Shown one piece after another: positions 12,722-25,223 of a stretch of DNA of 64,000 bases; position 1 is the first letter of the stretch, and each line of letters begins with the position of its first letter. Source of the stretch: Veleropilina oligotropha (lineage: Eukaryota). The notes beneath the pieces were generated by a model, which worked only from the letters and a program-made list of their open reading frames with translations, was not told the origin of the DNA and did not search any database. Position numbers and translations under genes: made by a program. The stretch spans positions 186,001 to 250,000 of the forward strand of contig JBEUKZ010000058.1 of assembly GCA_048128005.1 (NCBI GenBank), read 5' to 3'.

Positions 12722-13904
12722 CCTATTATGTGCGATCGATAAGCGCGGTGTTGCAATCGTAGTCCTGCTTGATCTCAGTGCAGCCTTCGATACGATCGAT
12801 CATAACGTGCTGTTAGACCGCATGCAATCACTGTTGGGAATCAGCGGAACTGTCCTCAATTGGTTCAGATCATATTTGACAGGTCGTTCACAGCAAATAC
12901 AGATCCACGACTCCCTATCAGATGTTATATACCTCATGTTCGGTGTACCTCAAGGATCGGTGCTCGGACCCATTCTTTTTCTCATTTATATGTTGCCACT
13001 TTTTCATCTTGTCCAACTTCATGGCCTGAATATGCACAGCTACGCTGATGACACTCAACTCTACCTAACTTTCGACAACCCCAAGGATGCCAATGCTATC
13101 CACCATGGATGCATCAACATTGAACAATGTCTGGAAGATGTACATTCATGGATGACCAACAACAAACTGAAGCTCAACAACGATAAAACGGAGATTATGT
13201 TGTTCGGCACCAAAGCCTCCCTGAGCAATGTGAACATCGTCTCGCTTGAAGTGGCCGGAACCAGTGTTCACATCACCGACGGACATGTGAAGAATCTCGG
13301 CATCATCCTCGATCATTCCTTGTCTATGAAACCCCAGGTGAATAGGATGATCCAAGCAGCAAGCTTTCATTTACGTAACATCGGTCAAGTTCGACATAGG
13401 CTCACTGAAAATGCTACCAAGTCATTAGTCCAATCTCTGGTCATCTCCAGACTGGACTACGGCAACAGTCTTCTATGTAACCTTCCCCGGGAACTACTGT
13501 CCCGTCTTCAGTCAGTTCAAAACAAGGCTGCACGGATGATCACCCTAACAAAGAGATGCGACCATATAACGCCTGTGCTCAAATCTCTTCATTGGTTACC
13601 GGTAGATGTCCGAATCGACTTCAAAGTGTTACTGCTCGTATACAAGGCTTTACGCGGATTTGCTCCTCGTTACATTCGTGATCTGTTGCACGCTTATCAT
13701 CCCTCCAGACAGCTCAGATCATCGACACTGGATTTGCTCCAGATACCAAAGTCCAAGACAGCTCGTTATGGAGATCGTGCGTTTTCATGCTTTGCACCAA
13801 AAGCCTGGAACTCTCTACCACTGCATATTCGGCAGGCCGAAACCGTATGCTCTTTTAAATCGCTTTTGAAAGCTCATTTCTTTAAATTAAAATATCCGAA
13901 CTAG
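12722..13904 (+). CDS. LINE ORF2 3' part: reverse transcriptase and C-terminal domain
   Basis: LLDLSAAFDTIDH, GVPQGSVLGP, YADDTQLY, LKLNNDKTE, KNLGI, SRLDYGN, HITPVLKSLHWLPV; continues VQN-DLL across the insertion. Confidence 0.95.
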
Positions 13905-16379
13905 TTAACATGTTTCACATATTGTACAGCGCTTTTGAACAATTTGGAAAATGCGCTATATAAAAGTCAATTATTATTATTATTATTATTATTATATATT
14001 AACAGTTACTGAATCATGTAGCCTTCTGTTGGCTAAATGTTTACTTAAGCCTGATAGCAGAACTTCTCAAGGGCCTTGCTGTCCACTGGACATGGTTGGC
14101 GCGCGGCTTTATGACACCTCAAAGAGACAGGCTCATAAACTGCCTACTTCATCTGATAAGGCAATTAGCACTGAGCTGGTCGCGCCGAAATGAGACGAGG
14201 AATTAAAATAGTATTTTTTAAACAATGAAAGTACTTATTGTATTCTTGTCACAATTCTCTAATATAACGATCTTTATATAGTATATTTTATGCGAAAATC
14301 TGGAAGAAAAAGGACGATTTTTAGAGGCGCTATGAACCAATATTCATCTACAAAAACTAAGTCTAATAACTCTCAAGCAACTCATTTTAGCGATGTATTC
14401 TATAGATATTACATTAGATATTTTCGATACGAATAAAATGAATTGCGTCACGTTTCATATAAATGAAAATTAAAGAAGTTACAGTCAATTTAATATTAAA
14501 TTTAATGTCTTCATAACTCCTTTTTAATTTGTCTCACAAAGTATTCCATTAGAACAACATATACCGATATAATGCTTTGTCAAAACTACCAAGTGTCGAT
14601 AAGATCACGCTACTCAGTTCTGAGAAAAGCGCATTTTAATGTTTTCAAAAAATCAAAGATTGCGACGAAACCATGGCATTTATTGGCTAAAATTTTGCGG
14701 CAAACATTACTTGATATCGATGCGCACTCACCCTGGAAGATTGGAAAGATTTCGTGGAGTGCATTGAAAGATACTGCAGAAATGAAAAATTGAAAAAACT
14801 TCAAAATTTTGTCAAGATTAGGACGCCCGTAGCGATCTTAGCATTGAAAAAATGAACATTTCATTTCCAAGAGATTGTTGTCTCAATAGTCTAGATCATG
14901 CCTTTGAAGATTTTGTCTCGATCTCGAAAGCCGTGTAAGACTTATATCGTTTTTGAAAAGAGGTCATTTTTAATTTTGTCAAGATTAGGACGCCCGTAGC
15001 GATCTTAGCATTGAAAAAATGAAAATTTCATTTCCAGGAGATTGTTGTCTCAATAGTCTAGATCATGCCTTTGAAGATTTTGTCTCGATCTCGAAAGCCG
15101 TGTAAGACTTATATCGTTTTTGAAAAGAGGTCATATTTTTTTACAAAATTGAAGATTACGACCAAAGCATAAAATCCCGAAACTTGAAAATAGAACGAGG
15201 CAATGCTTCAATGATGTGCCCAAGCACACATGAATTTTGAAAGCTGTAGCTATAGCCGTTTTCGCGCTAAAGTGCCCACAAAAAAACGTCAGAATAAGAA
15301 TAATAACCGGTACAATTTCAATAGGGCTTCAAGCTTGAAAGAGCTTGAAGCCCTAATAAAGATATATATTTTATTAAATTAATTGAAGCATTTTTTCACA
15401 TTTGAGTTGAATCAGATAATGTTAATAGTGTCATAATATTTATTAATATTTTTAATTTTATATAAAGTAACAAATCAATTTAAAATATTTCTGACATAAA
15501 CAGTAATTATATCTACTTAGTGCTGATTTCTTTTAATAATTTGTTGCTTTTATTTAAATTAATATAATGAAAAACAGAAGCACCCTAAATTGTATACTAT
15601 GAATTCATAAATGTCGAAGTCGATATAATTAAGCAGTTTCTTTAAAATAAATATATAATATTCCTAAAAAGGTTTATATTTGTGAACACAAATTGCTGAA
15701 ACAAATACTATCAGTACTTAATATGACAATTTTTTTCAAGAAAATATCTACATATAAGATCAGAACATACAAGAGCATGCACGTTTTAAAGTCGTGTCAT
15801 AAAAATACACATGCTTCTCCACATTTGTAGATTGCTTCTCATTTATAATAGTGGAAAGCAGGTCTGCTTTCCAACATAGAATTTGAAATTCGCGCCTTGC
15901 ATTGTGTATATCAAAAATATTTCGGGTCGCGTCTTCTAATAAACTGTGTACATCTTTAATAATAGTTGGAATAATCAAAGTATTATGATTTTTAATTCAA
16001 AAGAAGTGGTCACCAAAACTAATTGATGTTATCACATCTTTGTCAGTGGAAACAAAGTTTGATGATTTCAAACATGGGCCAGAAATTAGTGAAATGTAGA
16101 GCGCTTTTGATGAAAATCAATATAATTAGTCCACCTGTTACGGTTAAATCACCCAGCGACTTTCATCATGAAATTGCACGGGAGGTGAAAATTTCATAGG
16201 GGGCCATGGCCGGGTGAAGATTTCGCTATGAAATATTCACCCGGGGGTGAATATTTCATGGGGGTGAAAATCTCATCTCATACCGGAAATGAAAATTTGA
16301 ATGGACGGACTAACAGACGTGGGTAACATTATATGCCCACATACTAGGTCTGCAGAGGCATAATTAACTGAGGCAGCTG

Positions 16380-17560
16380 TGCCCAGTGTTATGAGATAGG
16401 CATAGGTCTAGTCTAGGACTACATTACCATAGTTCGAGTCAGCCGGAATTATGGCTGTCTCGCCACTTTAAAATTCGTTCCTACTGTACTGAGGTGGCAT
16501 TGAATACAGGCATTATAAACGCTGGCCAAAACTATCATAGTTTGCTCTCCTAAAATGCAATCATATTAAACTAATCTTGGACTAGACCCACGCCTAGCTT
16601 ATACAAGAGCACGCGTTAGAAAACAGATTCATCCCCCGCCTTCCGCAATCACTCTGATATAAACTTTAACCAACACATCAAGTTTCTTCAATATTTATAC
16701 AAAATAATATTCAATATCATTGCTAGAGTAAAAGATGGTATCGATATAAGCATCACCAAAGAATATGTATGCAATAATGGAACAAAATGAAAATTCAATA
16801 AAGTTTACAAAAAATTGCTATGTGCACAAACACTAATTTCACATGTTATTTATATTAAAAATCACTTGCAGATGAGGGAGCAGCATCAATATAGTCAACA
16901 CCAAAAAAAATATTGATGTAAAACAGTGTCTCTAGAACAACAACCCTTATCCCCATTGAAAAATTTCAACAAAATTTGAACCAAAATTTTGATGTCCAAA
17001 AACACCTATTTTTATGTAATAATTATACTAAATTTAATTCAGCATCACTTCCATTAAGTATCAGTTGACATTCATATTATCAATACCAATCATACATACA
17101 CCAAAATGTTGTTTCAATAACCCATATACACTCAATGAAAAACTTTAACCAGAAACTTTAACCAAAATTTCTATGTTCACAAACACCTATTTTTATGCAA
17201 TAATTATATTAAATTTAATTCAGCATCACTTCCATAGTATCAGTTGACAATCATATTATCAATACAAAAGCATATATACACCAAAATGTTGTTTCAACAA
17301 AACATATACACTTCTATGTTAAAAAACACCTACATTTATGCAATAATTATATTAAATTTTATTCAATCTCACTTCCAGAGTACCAGGTGTCATCCATATA
17401 ATGCCTACAAAGCATATAATTATATGCCAAAAAGTATCATGGGCAAGGTATATACACTCAATTCGAAACTTTAACCAAATTGTTTATGGACGTCCGGACG
17501 GACGGACATGGTAACAACAATATCCCCCGCTACCTTCAGGCGGGGGATAAAAACCGGGCA
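16380..17560. mobile_element. PIF/Harbinger-like MITE whose right TIR is split by a HINE
   Basis: Left TGCCCAGTGTTATGAGATAGGCATAGGTCTAGTC; right GACTAGACCCACGCCTAGCTTAT[insertion]AAACCGGGCA; CTG on both flanks (16377-16379, 17561-17563). Confidence 0.65.
16603..17553 (+). mobile_element. HINE-like element with degenerate internal tandem repeats
   Basis: ACAAGAGC start, subterminal ATCCCCCGCC, (GGAC)n, 3' palindrome TATCCCCCGCTACCTTCAGGCGGGGGATA plus A-run. Confidence 0.7.
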
Positions 17561-18457
17561 CTGGTCATACGGAGTATTAAGTGCATCAGTCCCAATTCTC
17601 ATGTACGGACTATAATCAGCTTTTCTGGAGCGAGTTTGAATCCTCTGCTCAGAGGCTTTGTGGAGTGAACAGTCACAGTGGTCCAAAGCCGGCTGGGGCT
17701 GGTGGGTTTTACCACACATCATACAATAGGCCCTGTATGGACACTGCCTGTCTGATCCCAAATTAATCGGAAACAACAGTGTGAAAGACTGCGAGGCCAA
17801 CCTCTAATACTATAAAAGATGCTGGGGTGGTTTAATAAGGGGACTTAGCTGAAAGAACAGTCAGTGCACATGTGCTCATTAGGGACTGTAAGAGAAGAAA
17901 ATATATGCAGTTAAAACTTAGTGTTATTTTTGTGCTACATCAACATCCACTTAAGTCTACAATATTCCGCTTCTTTAATAAAACGGAAGCTATAAAAATA
18001 ATAAGCAAGAGAATAAAAAGTCTGCCACCTCGTTAATGTTACGTGTCAAGCATCTATATAATGCTATATTTCTACCCAAGAAACAAGCAAGCACTTACCA
18101 AACGCCTTCCCCATGCCCTTATGAAATAAACGGAAATGTCAGATAAATGGCAGGCGGCTGAACAAAACATTTACGACATATACTCATTTAGAATAATGAT
18201 ATATAATCTAACAACCAGCAGCATACATGACGTGGTTAGATACCGGGTATGACGTCATGCTCACATTACAAGTACATATATAAATAAATATACATATTCT
18301 GATGACAGAAGTTATAATCTACTTATAAGTTATACTAGCCATGTTAGCTATATAATTATCTAGCGATCAAAACACGTCAACAATGAAATGAACACAAACA
18401 ACAGATCAAGAAAAATAGTGTCTATCTATTCTATAATGCAAGTCAAAACTAGAAACA

Positions 18458-19991
18458 TACTTAGCCAAAATGAAACTTGACACGTTTTTGTTTTAAATAA
18501 AATCGGAAAAATTTAAAATATATGAAAATCAATAACATAACATTGCTGACCATGACACAACTGTTTGAAAATAGTGAATCTTGATCAGATTGTTCTGGAA
18601 ATGCACGTGCCGGACGAAATTTTCAAGAAATGTCAATTTCCGCTCTGAAATTGCTACTGTACATCATTTCTTCCGAAAGAGATAGTCATTGCGTCGTTTC
18701 GATAGTGTTTCTTCCGAAAAACATAAAGAAAGTATTTTGAACTGAGAAATTAATCAATGCCGCGTCATTCATGTCAGGACAGGGAGCATGCCATCGGCAG
18801 GTTAGGGGCTGGACAGTATGTGGCAGAAGTTGCGTGAATATTTTGATGCAGTTGACAGACGATCCACAATCTGAGAACACGTCTCCAAGGAACTGGAACC
18901 ACAGCAGACCGCCCACGTCCAGGTTCCCGATGTGTTACGACTCCAAATGAAGACCAACAAATCCGGTTACGTCATCTTCGGAATCGTTTCGTGACGGAAA
19001 CTTCAACCAGTAATGAACTCTTTCAACGTCGTGACACACCAGACCATCAGAAACCGTCTTAGAGCTGCTGGCATTCGAGCGCGAAGACCGTATACATGAT
19101 CGATATTGACTCCACTCCATCGACGTCAGCGGGTTGCATGGGCTCGTGAACACCTCAGATTCACCCAGAGACAGTGGAACAGAGTCATCTTTAGTGACGA
19201 GTCTCGTTTCACACTCAGATTTACTGATGGACGTGTTAGGGTGTGGCATAGGAGAAGGTAGCGGTATGCCTCAGCTTGTGTCGGGGAGATTGACAGGTTT
19301 GCAGGTGGCAGTGTCATGGTTTGGGGAGCATTCACAGCTAATGCCAGAACACCCTTGATTGTCATCCAAGAAAATCTGACGGCAGCACAGTACAGGGATC
19401 AGGTCCTCAATCCACTTTTGTTGCCCTTCTACAGACAACATGGTCCCGGCCTCACATTTCAACATGACAATGCTACGCAGCACACTGCAAGACTGACACG
19501 TAACCTGTTTCAAGCTGCAAATGTTGACGTCATGGAATGGCCATCACTTTCTCCAGATCTCAACCACATTGAACACATCTGGGATGAGCTTGGCAGAAGG
19601 TTGCGAAGGCAGCGGGTACAGCCACAGACACTTCCGGAACTTGGCAGGGATCTGATCCACCAATGGCGCCGACTTCTGGTTAGAGTGTTCAGACGTGTTC
19701 TGCAGTCCATGAGGCGGCGATGTGTAGCAGTAATGGACGCTCGTGGTGGTCATAATCGCTATTGACGCTCTTCAAATCTTTCATTCATGTTTGTGTTAAC
19801 TTCAATTTTGAGGGTGTGTCAATTCAAACAACTGTGTCTGAAAAATCACTGATTAAAAAACACTTTTTCTTCGTCCATGTGTTAGATGACTTATTTTCTT
19901 AGAATAAATTACAAATTTATGTACACTAGCAGATTTAGAACAAAAAATACATCAAATTTAAGAAGTGTCAAGTTTTCAATTTTGCTGAGTG
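18458..19991 (+). mobile_element. Degenerate Tc1-family DNA transposon
   Basis: Imperfect ~27-bp TIRs TACTTAGCCAAAATGAAACTTGACAC / GTGTCAAGTTTTCAATTTTGCTGAGTG; TA on right flank, CA on left. Confidence 0.85.
18757..19765 (+). pseudogene. Tc1 DD34E transposase, disrupted in the N-terminal half
   Basis: MPR..DREHAIGRL start, FSDESRF, GGSVMVWG, QHDNATQH, WPSLSPDLNHIEHIW; 34 residues between second D and E. Confidence 0.9.
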
Positions 19992-21524
19992 TATGTCCAT
20001 GGGACAAGAATGCCCCACTGTTATAGCAGAATGGAGATACTTGCACGAATTACTGGTTTACGGGACGGGACGAACACGGGCAAATCAAATTTGGCATTAG
20101 TAATTAAATCAAGCAAAGATGTCAGCAACGACTCGGATTAATTCAAGTGACTATTGCCCATAATTTCCGTGAATGTATAGCATGACAGAACAGCCTCTAT
20201 CGTATCAAATTAATCAGATGCATGTTTCGCACAGATTGATACAAATTTGGCAAAGATATCATCGATATATGATCAAATGGATTTATATGGAAATTATTAC
20301 TGTAAGTGGGCAATATATTTTATTGCCAAATAGAAAGCTATCTTACTTGACGAGCAGAAACCTATGCAACTTTGCTCCAACTAGGTCAATTGGAAATGTC
20401 ACTCAGTGAGAGGTAATTAAAAACGGACACCTTTTAATTATTTTTAAATCTTCACTGGTGATTTATTTAAACGATAGCAAATTACTAGCGAAAGTTAAAT
20501 GTTGAAAATTCCTAAATTTTTATGATATAAACAAAAAGTGTAAAGCGGTTAGTTTTCTTTTTAACAAAGAAAGAGTGCATTTACGGGAATAAATAGACTA
20601 AGTCTATTTAAGAATTAATGTTATAATTTACTTGGTGTTCAAAATGTGTTATGAAGTGATGTGAACTAGTTACGTAGTACGACCTCATTTTTGACAGTTT
20701 TTAAGTCGTATCAGTAGTTGGAACCTTGGTCTAAAGTCGTCATCCGAAGAAAGGGTAAGGACTTTTAAGTCATTCCTTGTAATAGTATTAATTGTTATAA
20801 TATTAATCACGCCGGCAAGAAATCAAAGTTGAAACTCGCATCATACTGTCTCCGTCCCACTTAACGTTTTTCAGACGTTCTACAGTTAAGTTAGCGAAGA
20901 GAGTCTCAAAACGTGCACCGAGCTGAGCGCACACATATACTGTAGATATTCATAACAAACAATATCAATCTAGTCCAGCCTTGTATACTGGATCCTTCCG
21001 GATCGCCAGGCATAATTATTTAAATGAGTTAAGCCAATGATCACCCACCAACTGACAATCGAGGAAATTACACGAAAGATTTGTTGAGGAAATCGAGAAT
21101 ATCAATAAATGAATATATCAGGCATGCAAAAGGGAATATCAATAAATGAATATATCAGGCACGCATAAGGGAGATGAGAGATGGCCTCGTATAAATCCAT
21201 GATAGGAAATCGATCGAGAGGAATCAAAATATATCTGCACAACAAAATTAATGAAAGCTACCCATACATAACGCGATATGCACACCAGACATGTATAATC
21301 TGCGTTGCATTTTACTTATAAATGCTCTATTATAAGTAACTAACGAAATTTTCGAGCCTCAGCCAACAACTCGAGAGGATGTCAATAAGAATGTACTCAA
21401 TGACAGAATCCAGTCACTCAGGGATGGAACTCCGGCCTTTATCTTTGTGGTCCCCGAGTCATTACGGTTATTAACCCCTCAGCCGCCACCCCTGGTCTCT
21501 AGAATATATGCTTGCATCTACATG

Positions 21525-22090
21525 ATTGGATTGGATCGGATCGATGCTTAATGTCCTTACATTAGGTTAAACTAGAATTGTGTCCATTGGACACGAATGC
21601 CCCCACTGGCAGCCTTGATCATAGGGGCAGCAAAGATCATTTTGTGGAGTTATTTACAGACAATTAATGGCATGGGCGAGTCGCAGAAGGGAAGTACGAA
21701 CGATATAAGCAAGTGTATGAAGTATCAAGTCAATCCATGAAGGCAGATGGAAGTTATAGCAGAATGGAGTACGTTATTCACATGCAAATAGTGAGTGGTC
21801 CGATGAGCTAAGTCATTTGACGTTGGGCATAGGGGCGACATGGATGGGTCACAGAAGCGAAGTATGCATAAAAAGTATCTATATATGTTCATATTATCGA
21901 GGGAGGAAAGCCTGGGCGCCCGGGAAAACTCGCCCTCTCTGACCAGTTACGGCCATCTGTGAATCACAACTGAACAACTAATGCCCATGTACCAACCGAG
22001 AATCGAACCCACTAAGTACTATTCATGTTATCAGAATCAAGCCAGAGACTTCAGTCAGCAGTCGAGACCACATGACTGCCAGAGTGGTCC
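21525..22090 (-). mobile_element. Diverged SINE (4743/51571 family) split by a HINE fragment
   Basis: GATCGATGCTTAATGTCC tail at ~21540 and GGAGGAAAGCCTGGGCGCCCGGG..GAATCACAACTG..ATCGAACCC body at 21890-22090. Confidence 0.55.
21570..21875 (+). mobile_element. HINE-like fragment, family of 63449-63689
   Basis: AACTAGAATTGTGTCCATTGGACACGAATGCCCCCACTGGCAGCCTTGA and AAGTATCAAGTCAATCCATGAAGGCA shared with 63449. Confidence 0.7.
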
Positions 22091-22105
22091 ACTAAAATAT
22101 GAGAA

Positions 22106-23217
22106 AACTATAACGCTCAGTCACGAGTAACCGCATATGTATGCCCCTGTAATCCAGGATGGTGGCCAACTTTGAGGTCGGACCACATTCGCAATCTTTG
22201 CGTGCAGTTTCCTCACCTCAACCAATGTCCAAACCAAATTTGAAAACATTATGTTTATTAGGCGTTTACGGTTAAGAAATGGCCATCTTGGAGGTCGGAC
22301 CACACCCAAAATTTCTAGGTGCAGTGTTCTCACCCAAACCAATGCAAATACCAAATTTAAAAACATTACGTTAAGAAATAGCCTGTCTAGAGCGATCAGG
22401 ACGAATCTCTCGGTGGCGGCCATCTTGGATGTCGGACCACACCTAAATTCTATAAATGTCGTGTCCTCACCCCATGCACATACCAAATTTGAAAACATTC
22501 CGTTAAGAAATGACCAGTCCAGAGTGATCACAAGCAATTATGGTATCCGTGGCGGCCATCTTGGAGGTTGGACCACACACAAAATCTATAGGTGTCGTGT
22601 CCTCACCCCAACCAATGCACATACCAAATTTGAAAGCATTCCGTTAGGAAATTACCTGTCTAGATCAATCACAAGGAATTATGCTTTAAAATCCTAGATG
22701 GAGGCCACAGCGGCCATCTTGGAGGTCGGACCACACACAAAATCTACAGGTGTCGTATCCTTGCCAATGGACATACCAAATTTGAAAACATTCCGTTAAG
22801 AAATGGCCTGTCTAGAGCGATCACGAGGAAGCTCTCGGCGGATGCGGTGGTGGCCATCTTGGAGGCCGGACCACACCCAAAATCCATAGATGTTGTGTCC
22901 TCACCCCAACCAATGCACAAACCAAATTTGAAAGCTTTCCATTTAGAAATGACCTGTCTAAAGTGATCACAAGGAATTATACTTCAAAAACCAAGACGGA
23001 GGCCACAGCGGCCATCTTGGAAGTCAGACCACCCATAAAATCTATAGGTGTCGTGTCCTCGCTCCAACCAATGCACATAGCAAATTTGAAAACATTGCGT
23101 TGAGAAATGGCCTGTCTAGAGCGATCGCGAGGAATCTCTTGGTGGACGCGGAGGTGTCGGCGCAACGAATGCTAAACCATAGTATCCCCTGGTGACACTT
23201 TCGTTTCGGGGGATACA
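22106..23217 (+). mobile_element. HINE-like element with ~115-155-bp internal tandem repeats
   Basis: AACTATAACGCTCAGTCACGAG start, repeated GGCCATCTTGGAGGTCGGACCAC..ACCAAATTTGAAAACATTCC units, 3' GTATCCCC...GGGGATAC; same family as 34453. Confidence 0.8.
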
Positions 23218-24438
23218 ATGACGAGAAAAAGCTAAGTCCAAAATACAGCACTTATACCGCAGAATCACCTACCGCACTGTGTGGAAATCTGCGGTAAAAC
23301 AGAAAACCATATGATTACTTCAAATATACCGCATGCCTTCATAGGGTTGCGGTAAACTCATGTACTGGTGAGAAAATAACGACTGAATATGGTGTTAAAT
23401 AAATTACATGGGATTTGTCAGTTGAATAATAAAGCTAAATTTAACTTCGGCATAGTCTAACATATGTGCCAGGCCCTACAGGTTATCGAGACGAGAATCT
23501 GATATATTGATATAACTCTAATGATAGTGTTTAACGAGTTTCATATTGCCCCTGTTCAGGTAAGCTGCCCATAGCCGTATTCATGCCACGATCAACTGAC
23601 GACCGGGATTTCTGCAGACTCATTTATTTACGTTAATCAATTTTAAATTCCCATGTCAGGTCGTTTCTGTAAATGGAATCATGATCAAAATGCAATCAAA
23701 TCACGCAATTAGTTGCAACTTAACTGCATGCAGTATACATAGACTATAACCTGTGAGTCTCATATGCCAGTACATGTACTAATAATTGACATATTTTCCT
23801 GAATTAATATTGCAAAAGCATTCACATGTGTTATTATACTATTAGCATCTCATTGAAAGCATTGCTTATTAAATCCTTAATCATGTGCATAAATTAATTT
23901 TGTACAACAATAGATGTACATCCTGCCTGCATATATAATGCATGATGCATGATTTTCAGACACAATGGCCCGAATTCATAAAAGCATTTTATGGTGCGTG
24001 CAGTTAAAACTCGATTATATTTTACACGGTAGATAAAACAATGTTGTCCTCTGACATTTAAATGATTGTCTAAGCCGCAATTCACAAGCAGCGATGATCG
24101 TGCGCTTAGACGTCCGCGAGTAACTCCCAATTGAATGCAATGTGCTTTCCTTGTTCGTTGCTGTATATAAATATGAAAGCCACAACTATGATGAAGCTAG
24201 GTGCGCTATAGTTCGTATTTGGAGACAATGTCGGGCATGTCGGGAGAGAAGAGAAAACAATATTTCGTACTACCAGGGAATGGGCTCGATTGATGCAGTT
24301 AAACGATGCTGAACCATAATTAATCCCGCAAAATGGGACTTGACGCAGTTTAATCTGACACTTTTTGTATGTGATCTTTGCATGAAAGTTATGATCATAT
24401 CTTGAAATAAAATTTAACATAATTTATACTAACAAATG

Positions 24439-24492
24439 TAAATGTCGATATTGAATTAAAAGCTTGCGCCCTTAATTCAATATCGACATTTA
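24439..24492. repeat. Perfect 21-bp inverted repeat with 12-nt loop
   Basis: TAAATGTCGATATTGAATTAA / TTAATTCAATATCGACATTTA. Confidence 0.85.
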
Positions 24493-25223
24493 TGATTTAC
24501 ATAGTCTATTACTAATCTAAAAAAAATTATTTTTTAGATATGATAATCTCTAAACTATCATAACGTTACGCAAAGAATACATACAGAAAGTGTCAGATTA
24601 AATAACGTTACATCCCATTTTACGAAACTGATTCGGGTTCAGTACCTTTAACAATCGTAAGTTGTGGAAGACAGAGAAGTGACGCACCAGCTAACTACAG
24701 AATAAACAGACTGAATGGGATGCTATATCAAAATGAATGTCGGTAATTTTCTTTAGTGACCAAAATCGTCTGCCAAGAATTTACGCGAGTTATGGAGGAT
24801 GATTAAAACAAAGACAAAGGCGCTTTCCTGAGAGAAACAAGTATTACACTGCCAGAAATTTCACAAATAGCTGTAATAATTGTTATTCAAACACGAGATG
24901 GTCATGTGTTGAACATCTTTCAACGACATTCATACGAATATATCTGTGAACACACACAAATAATTGGTAATTTGGTGAGGTAAATTAATTTATATCCTTT
25001 CATGTTCAAAATCTTAAAGCAAACAAGACACCAAGATTTACAACTGCAACCAATAGTGCCTACGATACCATGAAATTGTATAATCTCGTAGAAACCCCCA
25101 GTAACAACTCTTCTTTTTGTGGGGTGTCAGGAACATAAATAAACTGCCTCCTTCTTGCACAAATTTCTATAGTGACACGAAGAACAACCCCGCAACATAT
25201 CCATCTGAAACAATGCTATTACA

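Larger units (their letters stand above)
6666..13995 (+). mobile_element. L2-like (CR1 group) non-LTR retrotransposon interrupted by a DIRS insertion
   Basis: APE+RT ORF, short 3' UTR with CAGCGC...GCGCTATATAAA and (TAT)n tail at ~13971-13995; 5' boundary approximate. Confidence 0.9.
6165..15360 (+). mobile_element. HINE-like element hosting the LINE
   Basis: Starts ATTAAAGCTGCGAGCAGC; subterminal AGGGCTTCAA inverted to TTGAAGCCCT in the 3' palindrome TAGGGCTTCAAGCTTGAAAGAGCTTGAAGCCCTA; internal 167-bp tandem repeat at 14807-15135. Confidence 0.65.
5244..16282. mobile_element. TIR element with CCGG target duplication (Ginger1-like, non-autonomous), expanded by nested insertions
   Basis: ~50-bp imperfect TIRs TATCATATGAAATTTACACCCCCATGAAATAGTCACCC / GGGTGAATATTTCATGGGGGTGAAAATCTCATCTCATA; CCGG at 5240-5243 and 16283-16286. 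Confidence 0.7.
4578..16365 (+). mobile_element. HINE-like element, outermost host of the nested cluster
   Basis: Starts AATAGATATGTCGGAGTGACAC like the 3009 copy; reads through ...TTATTGC-CCGG-AAATGAAAA... when 5244-16286 is removed; ends with GGAC repeats and an imperfect TTATATGCC...GGCATAA hairpin. Confidence 0.55.
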
